Shown: positions 17,790 through 24,000, counted from the stretch's first letter. The stretch: DNA of 24,000 nt from Natroniella acetigena (GCF_023227745.1 NZ_JALKBX010000002.1:45652-69651), one strand, 5' to 3'. Made by a program: numbers and translations. Notes: generated from the letters alone by a model not told the origin.

Positions 17790-18239
17790 TTATTGAATTA
17801 CAAATTCGGTAAAGAAGACATTAGTCACTGTTCCTTCTAACAATTTTTCATTTGTTTTTTCCATAATCTCACTTCTCAATTCCATAGCTCCTTGTTCAGA
17901 ACTTATTTCTTCTTGTTCTTTACTTCTTAAGATAGAGATAATTGTATCTCTAATTTGTGGTCTCCGTCTATCTATTTCTTCGGCAACATCTGCATCATCA
18001 ACCTCAACAGTAATATTTAACCTAATAAACCTTCTTCCCCCAGCAAGATTAACTAAAAACTCACCTATCTCAGTAATTGGCCCTAATTCTCGAGCTGTAG
18101 TACTTACTTCACTCTCTTCACTCTGATCAATCCCAGCTAAATTAACCATCATAAAATAAGAGATTCCAGTAGCCAATACTACTGCGATCAATATTCCTAC
18201 AATCAGACTATAATTCAAACCACTTTTCTCTTCGCTCAT
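17790..18239 (-). CDS. fliL: Flagellar basal-body-associated protein FliL
   Basis: 149-aa ORF with a single N-terminal TM and a FliL-type C-domain (FLVNLAGGRRFIRLNITVEVDD......RPQIRDTIISILRSK). Lies between motB and fliM. Confidence 0.9.
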   Translation of the reverse strand: MSEEKSGLNYSLIVGILIAVVLATGISYFMMVNLAGIDQSEESEVSTTARELGPITEIGEFLVNLAGGRRFIRLNITVEVDDADVAEEIDRRRPQIRDTIISILRSKEQEEISSEQGAMELRSEIMEKTNEKLLEGTVTNVFFTEFVIQ

Positions 18240-18242
18240 TAC

Positions 18243-18962
18243 TTATATCCCCCCATTAATCTCACCATCGTCAGCCCTCAAAATAATAATATCTACTCTG
18301 CGATTCAACTCTCTATTTTTTGGTGTATCATTAGGCTCAATGGGTTTATATTTAGAATATCCTGCAGCGAACAATCTTTCCGGATTTATCTCCTGCTGCT
18401 CAATAAAGTATCTGACTACATTAGTTGCTCTCGTTGTCGATAGTTCCCAATTAGAAGGAAATTTAGGATTACTAATCGGAAGATTATCTGTATGACCTTC
18501 TACAGCCACATCATTAGGAATTGTCTTTATAAACCCAGCTATCCTGTCTAAAATATCATAAGCACTCTCTCTGATTGTTGCTTCTCCTAAAGGAAATAAA
18601 ACCTTCCCCGTAAAATGAATGGTCAAACCTCTATCTGTCATCTCCAATCTAACATCATCTTCTAACTCTTCCTCTGCTACAAAACCTGAGAGCATTTCAT
18701 AATATTCACTAAGCTGATCAACTCCTAATTCCTCAGTAGTCAACCCCGCATCTATTAACTCATTTCTAGAAATTGTCCGACCACCATCCATAATCCCTAA
18801 TCTTCCTTGAAGTCCTTCTATTACCATTTTAAACCTCTCTGTATCAATACTGGAGTAAGAATATAATAACACAAAAAAAGCTAATAGCAAAGTCATCATA
18901 TCTCCATAGGTGGTCAACCAGCTATCGCCTTTTTTATCTTCATCCCGTTTACGTCGCGGCAT
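18243..18962 (-). CDS. motB: Flagellar stator protein MotB (OmpA-like peptidoglycan-binding C-terminus)
   Basis: WLTTYGDMMTLLLAFFVLL contains the conserved stator Asp. OmpA-like block VEGHTDN.....NWELSTTRATNVVRYF...NRRVDIIIL. The start is placed at ATG 18962 (MPRRKRDEDKK..), preceded by GGTGGG. The longest ORF starts at 19001 with no RBS. Confidence 0.9.
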   Translation of the reverse strand: MPRRKRDEDKKGDSWLTTYGDMMTLLLAFFVLLYSYSSIDTERFKMVIEGLQGRLGIMDGGRTISRNELIDAGLTTEELGVDQLSEYYEMLSGFVAEEELEDDVRLEMTDRGLTIHFTGKVLFPLGEATIRESAYDILDRIAGFIKTIPNDVAVEGHTDNLPISNPKFPSNWELSTTRATNVVRYFIEQQEINPERLFAAGYSKYKPIEPNDTPKNRELNRRVDIIILRADDGEINGGI

Positions 18963-19761
18963 TTCTTCCCACCGCCCCTCCTTCAGTTTCTGGTTCTTCA
19001 TTAAGTTGATTACGAGATTTAGGGGCTAAAAAGGCCTTTAGTTTCTCTTCTACAATGCGAGGGTTTTCCCCTGCCTGAATTGATAAGATCCCTTCAATCA
19101 TTACCTCTCTAACTAAAATCTCTTCTTCACTCTTAACTCTTAACTTTTCAGCCAACGGAATAAAGACTAAATTAGCTAGCAAAGCACCATATAAAGTCGT
19201 AATTAGAGCTGTAGCCATCCCCGGGCCAATTGCATCAGGATCATCTAAATGGCTTAACATACCAATCAAACCAATCAATGTTCCAATCATCCCAAAGGCA
19301 GGTGCTAATTCACCAGCTTTGTCAAAAACTCCTCGATTAATTGCATGGCGTTGTTCTAAAAAATCTAATTCAGTCTCTAGTATATTTCTGACTAATTGAG
19401 GATCTGTTCCATCTACTACCAATTGAATTCCTTTCTTCAAAAACTCATCATCTAATTGATAAGCCTCATCCTCTAAAGCAAGTAACCCCTCTCTTCTTGC
19501 TTTTTCAGCAAAACTGACCAAAACAGAAATTATATCACCTGGTTCCTCATTTTGCCTTGAAAAGGCTATCTTCAATGCCCCAACTGCATCCTTTAATTGT
19601 CTAAAAGAGTAAGCAAGAATTACCCCACCCAGTGTACCTCCAAAGACGATAAAAGCAGAAACGAGATTTAAATAAATAACAATATTCCCTTCCAATATCA
19701 TTCCAAAAGCTACTAAAGAAATCCCTAAAACTAAACCTACTATCGTTGCTAAATCCAACAT
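18949..19761 (-). CDS. motA: Flagellar stator protein MotA
   Basis: Four-TM MotA/TolQ/ExbB-type channel (GELAPAFGMIGTLIGLIGML, TALITTLYGALLANLVFIPLAEKL). The start is placed at ATG 19761 (MLDLATIVG..), preceded by GAGGTG. The longest ORF begins at a TTG at 19812 inside flbD. Confidence 0.92.
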   Translation of the reverse strand: MLDLATIVGLVLGISLVAFGMILEGNIVIYLNLVSAFIVFGGTLGGVILAYSFRQLKDAVGALKIAFSRQNEEPGDIISVLVSFAEKARREGLLALEDEAYQLDDEFLKKGIQLVVDGTDPQLVRNILETELDFLEQRHAINRGVFDKAGELAPAFGMIGTLIGLIGMLSHLDDPDAIGPGMATALITTLYGALLANLVFIPLAEKLRVKSEEEILVREVMIEGILSIQAGENPRIVEEKLKAFLAPKSRNQLNEEPETEGGAVGRNAAT

Positions 19762-19768
19762 TATCACC

Positions 19769-19969
19769 TCATTCCCATTCTGGTTTAAGTCTAATCCTCC
19801 TCTTGTAATCAATTATCATCTCGATTATATCATCTACATCCTCTTTAACAATCAAACGGTGATTAGTTGTCAATGTAATTACAGTATCAGGGGTTGCTTC
19901 AATTGTTTCAATCAATTCGGCATTAACAACTATCTCTGAATCATTTAATCTCCTTAATTTTATGATCAT
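19769..19969 (-). CDS. flbD: Flagellar protein FlbD
   Basis: About 66 aa. MIIKLRRLNDSEIVVNAELIETIEATPDTVITL is the typical FlbD sequence. Directly upstream of motAB, as in Clostridia and spirochetes. The ATG at 19969 is preceded by AGGGG, and the track start at 19975 is a GTG. Confidence 0.88.
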   Translation of the reverse strand: MIIKLRRLNDSEIVVNAELIETIEATPDTVITLTTNHRLIVKEDVDDIIEMIIDYKRRIRLKPEWE

Positions 19970-20093
19970 TATCACCCCTTACTTATGTAATAATCCCTTT
20001 GCTAAAAATTCAGTCTTGCTATAACAGCCTTTAGCAGATATCTAAATCTTTCTGCACTTTATTTTTATTGACAATTAACGTATGTTTTTGTAG

Positions 20094-20115
20094 GGGCGAC
20101 TCCCCGTAGTCGCCC
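20094..20115 (-). other. GC-rich 8-bp hairpin downstream of flgE
   Basis: GGGCGACT (20094-20101) pairs with AGTCGCCC (20108-20115) around a 6-nt loop. On the sense (minus) strand an A-rich tract follows, not a U tract, so it is not a canonical intrinsic terminator. Confidence 0.6.
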
Positions 20116-20135
20116 TGGGTTTAATCTAATTTTAC

Positions 20136-20157
20136 GGGCAGACACGGGGACCTGCCA
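20136..20157 (-). repeat. Hairpin motif copy 2 (GGGCAG-ACACGGGGAC-CTGCCA), about 40 nt downstream of the flgE stop
   Basis: GGCAG/CTGCC stem with a 10-nt loop. 15 of 22 positions are identical to the copy at 21903-21924, in the same orientation, with compensatory stem substitutions. Confidence 0.55.
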
Positions 20158-20196
20158 CTACTTAAACCTTAAACTCAAACTATATTTTAACTCTTA

Positions 20197-21687
20197 TTAT
20201 CGTTTCATATTGACAATCTCTTGTAATAATTCATCAGCAGTCGTAATACTTCTTGAATTACCTTGGAAACCACGCTGAGTCGTAATCATCTCAGTAAACT
20301 CGCGGGACATATCTACATTTGACATCTCGATCGTTCCACCACTGATAGTTCCTCGACCACCAGCACCTGGAGCACCGATATTAGCTACCCCAGAGTTATT
20401 AGACTCTCTAAAGGTCGTATCTCCCTCTTCAGAAAGACCAGATGGATTATTGAAGGTAGCAGTGGCTATTTGAGCCAAGGTCTGCCGTTGGCCATTATCA
20501 TAATAACCAGTGATAGTCCCTGAACCATCGATATCGAAACTATCTAAGTCACCAGCCTGATAACCATTGACAGTATCGACATCAGCACTAAAATCCCCTG
20601 CATATTGATTCATATCTTCAAAGTTTAAATCAATTGGTAAAGGATTTACTCCCTCAGGATCTAGTTGAATCCCACTATTTCCTGACTCATAATTACCATC
20701 TTCATCAAAAGTAATCACTCTATTCTCATCAACAAATTCATCTGCTCCATCATCACCTATATTTAACTGAGTAACATTATCTTCATCTATATCTAAAGCA
20801 GTTGCTATATCAGTATCCTCAACACCATCTAACTCTTGAACCCAAACATTCCCTAACTCATCCTTGATATCGACTATATTCCATTCCCACTCTCCACCAT
20901 CACCATTGCCTTCTCCTACTCTCGTAAATGCTAAATTCACATCATACGTTCTACCTTGTGAATCGTAAGATTGGATTGAAGTATAGCGGGTAGAATCTTC
21001 AAATTGAGCAAAATCTGCTTCAAAATTTTCATCATCATCACCTGGAATGTCATCTGTTACTAAGTATTCTAATATTTCATCTCTTGGTGTTTTATTCTCA
21101 AGATCAAAACCATGTGCAGATTCATAATCATCTTCATCACTAATTCCAGGTACATCAGCACTCAAGTTTCCATCATAGGCAATCTCACTAGTCGCATTAG
21201 CATCCATCGACTGGCGCAGACTGATATCTTCTAACGGCTGATTGCTATCTATATTCTCATCCGCATCAGCCATCCAACCCTGCATCCGATAGCCATTACT
21301 CGAATTAACGAGATAGCCGTCTCTATCAAAGTTAGTATTTCCTGCTCTCGTATAGAGATCGGACGTCCCATCATTGACGACGAAGAATCCATCACCCTCG
21401 ATAGCTAGGTCAGTATTTCGACCTGTTGACTCAAGACTACCCTGTTCCATACTCTTATCGATACTACCCAAACTAACACCAAGACCAACCTGTTGCGGGT
21501 TAGTACCTCCGCGACCATCCTGCGGTGCAGATGCCCCCTCCATCGTCTGGCTTAGCATACTCTGAAATGTTGCCCGACTCGACTTAAAGCCGGTCGTATT
21601 CACATTAGAGATATTATTACTGATAACATCCATTTTATCCATATGGGCTCCTAACCCTGAAACACCTGCAAACATTGATCGTAACAT
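20197..21687 (-). CDS. flgE: Flagellar hook protein FlgE
   Basis: 496-aa ORF. Conserved N-terminus MLRSMFAGVSGLGAHMDKMDVISNNISNVNTTGFK and C-terminus GTIEMSNVDMSREFTEMITTQRGFQGNSRSITTADELLQEIVNM. The central domain is very acidic. GGAGGGG RBS. Confidence 0.96.
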   Translation of the reverse strand: MLRSMFAGVSGLGAHMDKMDVISNNISNVNTTGFKSSRATFQSMLSQTMEGASAPQDGRGGTNPQQVGLGVSLGSIDKSMEQGSLESTGRNTDLAIEGDGFFVVNDGTSDLYTRAGNTNFDRDGYLVNSSNGYRMQGWMADADENIDSNQPLEDISLRQSMDANATSEIAYDGNLSADVPGISDEDDYESAHGFDLENKTPRDEILEYLVTDDIPGDDDENFEADFAQFEDSTRYTSIQSYDSQGRTYDVNLAFTRVGEGNGDGGEWEWNIVDIKDELGNVWVQELDGVEDTDIATALDIDEDNVTQLNIGDDGADEFVDENRVITFDEDGNYESGNSGIQLDPEGVNPLPIDLNFEDMNQYAGDFSADVDTVNGYQAGDLDSFDIDGSGTITGYYDNGQRQTLAQIATATFNNPSGLSEEGDTTFRESNNSGVANIGAPGAGGRGTISGGTIEMSNVDMSREFTEMITTQRGFQGNSRSITTADELLQEIVNMKR

Positions 21688-21717
21688 CTCTAAAACCCCT
21701 CCGTTTTATTAATTAAT

Positions 21718-21745
21718 AATTGATAATTTACAATTGATAATTAAA
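21718..21745 (-). repeat. AT-rich repeat: two copies of AATTGATAATT (14-nt offset), 45-58 nt upstream of the flgE ATG
   Basis: AATTGATAATT occurs at 21718-21728 and 21732-21742. The 14-mer AATTGATAATTAAA (21732-21745) recurs exactly at 22613-22626. Confidence 0.5.
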
Positions 21746-21902
21746 CACTTTCAACATAATTTTTTTACTGACACTTAATTACACTATAATTACAATTCCA
21801 TCTATAATTTATCAAGATTCAACTTGATTTATCGCGTATAACTATCAACCGTAAAATTACTTTTATCATCTGTCGTGTATCAATCAACCAGTCTGACAGC
21901 CT

Positions 21903-21924
21903 GGGTCGACACAGAGACCGACCC
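21903..21924 (-). repeat. Hairpin motif copy 1 (GGGTCG-ACACAGAGAC-CGACCC) in the spacer upstream of flgE
   Basis: 6-bp stem with a 10-nt loop. Related to 20136-20157, with an 8/10 identical loop and two covarying stem pairs. Confidence 0.55.
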
Positions 21925-21982
21925 TTACATTTTTCTTGGTAAATCAACACACAGATTGGCCTACTAGTCTGAATCTGCCTTT

Positions 21983-22006
21983 AAATTCAACCTTGCTTTT
22001 GAATTT
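21983..22006 (-). other. Perfect 8-bp AT-rich inverted repeat
   Basis: AAATTCAA (21983-21990) pairs with TTGAATTT (21999-22006) around an 8-nt loop. No flanking U tract on the sense strand. Confidence 0.4.
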
Positions 22007-22052
22007 GAGCTCTTACTACCACAGACACAGACTACTGACACAGACACATATC

Positions 22053-22087
22053 TCACTAATCACTCGTCACTCATAACTTATCACTAA
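22053..22087 (-). repeat. Imperfect 7-nt tandem repeat, 5 units (plus-strand TCACTAA TCACTCG TCACTCA TAACTTA TCACTAA)
   Basis: Read directly from the sequence. TCACT recurs at 22053, 22060, 22067 and 22081 with strict 7-nt phasing. Confidence 0.7.
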
Positions 22088-22190
22088 ATCCAGCCACCTC
22101 TGTCGGTTAGCGGCCAATAGCCTCCCTGAGAGCATCCAAATAATAAATTCCAATTAAACTTATTATTTTCCTACTCTTTAGCGGGTCCAG

Positions 22191-22571
22191 CTACTTCATC
22201 ACAATCGCACTATCAATATCAGTAAATAGATTCTCCTCACTACTCTCTTCATCCATCGCCGTAATCACCGTCTCATTTTTAACACTGACAATATAAGCAT
22301 TATTATCAGTCAAGACCAGCGATTCTTGAGCCCCTTTTGCTTTGGCTTTAGCAACTGCCTCTTCTAATTTCTGCAGTTCTTGACCATCAAAGTCAATCTC
22401 TCTTGACTTTAATCTTTGAGCTGCATGCTTAGAAAACTTCAACTTCTTACTATTTTTCAGCTTATCCTGTAGGAGTTGCTTAAAATCACTTTCCTTTTTA
22501 TCTACTTTAATAGACTTCTTATTTTGAGGTGGGACTAAAGGCTGATTAGAATAGATTCTGGTCATGATCAA
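22191..22571 (-). CDS. Small flagellar operon protein (TIGR02530-like family found between flgD and flgE in Firmicutes)
   Basis: 126-aa ORF. The segment FKQLLQ....KLKFSKHAAQRLKSREIDF is typical of this family. Positioned right after flgD. GGGGAGGTGG RBS. Confidence 0.7.
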   Translation of the reverse strand: MIMTRIYSNQPLVPPQNKKSIKVDKKESDFKQLLQDKLKNSKKLKFSKHAAQRLKSREIDFDGQELQKLEEAVAKAKAKGAQESLVLTDNNAYIVSVKNETVITAMDEESSEENLFTDIDSAIVMK

Positions 22572-22605
22572 CCACCTCCCCTAATTACATCAATTAACAA
22601 TTTGT

Positions 22606-22626
22606 AATTGATAATTGATAATTAAA
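22606..22626 (-). repeat. AT-rich repeat: two overlapping copies of AATTGATAATT, 42-55 nt upstream of the ORF starting at 22571
   Basis: AATTGATAATT occurs at 22606-22616 and 22613-22623. The 14-mer AATTGATAATTAAA at 22613-22626 is identical to 21732-21745. Confidence 0.5.
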
Positions 22627-22646
22627 TTCAAAAGATAAAACCAGAT

Positions 22647-23126
22647 TTAGGCTGTTTCTTCTCCAGCACTACCTTCGCTTAATACCTTCTGAACATCTTC
22701 AATTGAATATTCTTTACCATCAACAACAATCTGGCTAGCTCTATCTTGACTGATGATTACCTTTTCTACCTTACCAGTAATCGGGGCCAACTCTTCTTTC
22801 TCTCCATCTTCACCTTCAACAGTCTGAACAATCTCAACCTGTTTATCTATAAAACTACTAGCATAAGTCAACTCTTGCTTTCTACTCTGACTTTCAACAA
22901 AACTAGACATTGTATTATTCAGATTCTGCATCTGCTCTAAAGCACTAAATTGAGCCGTTTGAGCGATAAATTCTTTATCATCCATTGGATCTAGAGGATC
23001 TTGATGCTTAAGCTGAGTAACCAACAATTCCAAAAATTCATCCTTCCCTAAATCCTGTGACCCAGGTTCTGTCTTACCAGTCAAATCAACATTACCACTA
23101 GCAGAAGCTCCTTCAACTGAACTCAT
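22647..23126 (-). CDS. flgD: Flagellar hook capping/assembly protein FlgD
   Basis: 159-aa ORF with the canonical FlgD block [45 protein letters not shown]. Confidence 0.95.
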   Translation of the reverse strand: MSSVEGASASGNVDLTGKTEPGSQDLGKDEFLELLVTQLKHQDPLDPMDDKEFIAQTAQFSALEQMQNLNNTMSSFVESQSRKQELTYASSFIDKQVEIVQTVEGEDGEKEELAPITGKVEKVIISQDRASQIVVDGKEYSIEDVQKVLSEGSAGEETA

Positions 23127-23138
23127 CTTCTCCCCCCT

Positions 23139-24000
23139 TTAAACTACATAATCAACACCATCTAACTCAACATTTGTCTGTTGTTGCATTTCTTCCAGTA
23201 TTTCTTCTGCAGTCAACTCTTCCAGATCTAGACTAAACTCTCGCTTGCTCTTTTGTTCCTGTTGCTGATTAAATAAGAATCCATCCTGTTCTTGCTCCGC
23301 AAAGCTTCCAGCATAATTCTCTCCTGCTTGAGCAGATAAAACATCAATCTGCCCTACCTCTAAATCTCGCTGTACCAAGATAGAACGTAATTTAGATAAG
23401 TTATTTTCTAATAACTCCTTTACCTCACCATTCTCAGAAAGTATCCTTGCAGAAACAACCCCATCATTCAGACCTATCCGTAAATTCAACTTCCCTAAAG
23501 ACTCTGGGTATAATTGAATAGTAACTTGATTTTGATTCTTATTGGCTCCTAACAACTTAATTTCCTCACTGATCTGCCCTAATATACTTTCTAAGTTAAG
23601 CTGTTGACCAAAATCAACATTATTTACCTGCTGTTTTCCTTCAATCTGCTGATTATTAGCTAATAAATTATTAAGCTCAGCCAAATCAAATTCTTGCATT
23701 TCTTGTTCAGAAAAGTTAAAATCTGACGATCCATCCTGAAGCAACTTATCCAATTTTTCTTCATTTCCAGCAAATTGCTCTAGCAACTCCATATTTAATT
23801 GGTCTTCATTATTGAGTTGCACAGTTCCATCATTTTTAACCCTCTTTCCTTCTTGAGTCCTCTTACTTGCTTGAGCTAAATCAGCTTTATGTAGCATATC
23901 CTGAGCAAAGAGTGATTGTTCAGCATCAGTAGTTGATTCTTCTGTCATTAAAACTTCTCCATCCATCTGAGCTGCTAACTCTTTCAATTTTAACATCTCT
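23139..24000 (-). CDS. fliK: Flagellar hook-length control protein FliK (C-terminal part; the gene probably continues beyond the right edge)
   Basis: The C-terminal Flg_hook-type domain is visible (VTIQLYPESLGKLNLRIGLNDGVVSARILSENGEVKELLENNLSKLRSIL). The upstream region is Q/N/E-rich and low-complexity. Lies immediately upstream of flgD. The frame is open to the window end. Confidence 0.8.
   Translation of the reverse strand, partial: EMLKLKELAAQMDGEVLMTEESTTDAEQSLFAQDMLHKADLAQASKRTQEGKRVKNDGTVQLNNEDQLNMELLEQFAGNEEKLDKLLQDGSSDFNFSEQEMQEFDLAELNNLLANNQQIEGKQQVNNVDFGQQLNLESILGQISEEIKLLGANKNQNQVTIQLYPESLGKLNLRIGLNDGVVSARILSENGEVKELLENNLSKLRSILVQRDLEVGQIDVLSAQAGENYAGSFAEQEQDGFLFNQQQEQKSKREFSLDLEELTAEEILEEMQQQTNVELDGVDYVV

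Noticed and set aside
19762-19812. N-terminal extensions of the longest ORFs: motA from TTG 19812, fliY from ATG 16670, motB from ATG 19001 and flbD from GTG 19975.
   Set aside because: The extensions overlap the 3' ends of upstream genes and have no SD. Internal ATGs (19761, 16643, 18962, 19969) have GAGGTG, GGAGG or GGTGG motifs at proper spacing. They also give N-termini matching the known families (MotB MPRRKR..., FlbD MIIKLRRLN...).
20094-20115. GC-rich hairpin after flgE as an intrinsic terminator.
   Set aside because: On the coding (minus) strand the stem is followed by CTACAAAAAC, not a U tract. The T tract lies on the wrong side. The operon also continues with flbD-motAB and no recognisable promoter.
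21829-21836. Sigma-28-like -10 element (sense strand CGCGATAA) in the spacer upstream of flgE.
   Set aside because: It matches only 6/8 of GCCGATAA. The expected TAAA -35 element 15 nt upstream is TTTA instead, and the nearest TAAA is about 25 nt away. This is not enough to call a SigD promoter.
20094-21924. GC-rich repeats flanking flgE as a CRISPR array or as terminal inverted repeats of a mobile element.
   Set aside because: There are only two related copies, in direct orientation, 1.7 kb apart. No regular repeat-spacer periodicity, cas gene, transposase or integrase is present in the window.
22060-22074. Four-codon ORF ATG AGT GAC GAG TGA (MSDE-stop) in the spacer, sharing its first residues with FliY and the micro-ORF.
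   Set aside because: It is generated by the AGTGA heptamer repeat itself, has no SD and stops after four codons. The resemblance is most likely coincidental.
21688-22190. Possible c-di-GMP (GEMM-I/II) or other known riboswitch in the long flgE leader. Such riboswitches precede flagellar operons in some Clostridia.
   Set aside because: By eye I could not find the conserved GEMM core strings (for example ACGCAAAGC or the paired GNRA/receptor helices) or any other riboswitch core I recognise. A cmscan search is needed before any such claim.
1952-22940. Seven plus-strand ORFs in the supplied track (1952-2227, 4378-4575, 6512-6784, 9058-9261, 12402-12722, 21374-21565, 22746-22940).
   Set aside because: Each lies entirely antisense to a well-supported minus-strand gene. 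Their S/L/F/C-rich low-complexity translations are typical of reading E/K-rich genes backwards. They lack convincing RBS motifs. I treat them as shadow ORFs.

Overview
All supportable genes in this 24-kb window are on the minus strand. The DNA is low-GC and the gene order is Firmicute/Clostridia-like. It holds the distal two thirds of a large fla/che-type flagellar operon, followed by the housekeeping block rpsB-tsf-pyrH. In transcription order (high to low coordinates) the genes are: fliK (partial), flgD, a small flagellar-operon protein, flgE, flbD, motA, motB, fliL, fliM, fliY/fliN, fliO, fliP, fliQ, fliR, flhB, flhA, flhF, flhG, a PilZ/YcgR-like gene, cheC, cheD, a small membrane protein, sigma-28 (fliA/sigD), a FapA/DUF342 protein, three uncharacterised acidic membrane or coiled-coil genes, rpsB, tsf and the first 9 codons of pyrH. 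Most gene junctions are 0-25 nt or overlap, which suggests translational coupling. I saw no tRNA, rRNA, CRISPR array, transposase or integrase. Three places break this ordinary picture. (1) A 21-codon ORF with a strong Shine-Dalgarno sits in a 146-nt fliL-fliM gap and encodes essentially only the CheY-P docking motif LSQxEIDxL that FliM and FliY carry at their N-termini. (2) flgE is bracketed by two unusually long ORF-free spacers of 503 nt and 221 nt. These contain GC-rich hairpins, a pair of related hairpins with compensatory stem changes (one on each side of flgE), a 7-nt tandem repeat and a reiterated ACACAGA motif. (3) flgE itself, especially its 5' third, uses G/C-ending codons (CAG, CGN) that the neighbouring genes, including rpsB, avoid. 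This suggests a replaced or recombined hook-gene cassette. All statements come from reading the sequence by eye. No database search or folding program was run.
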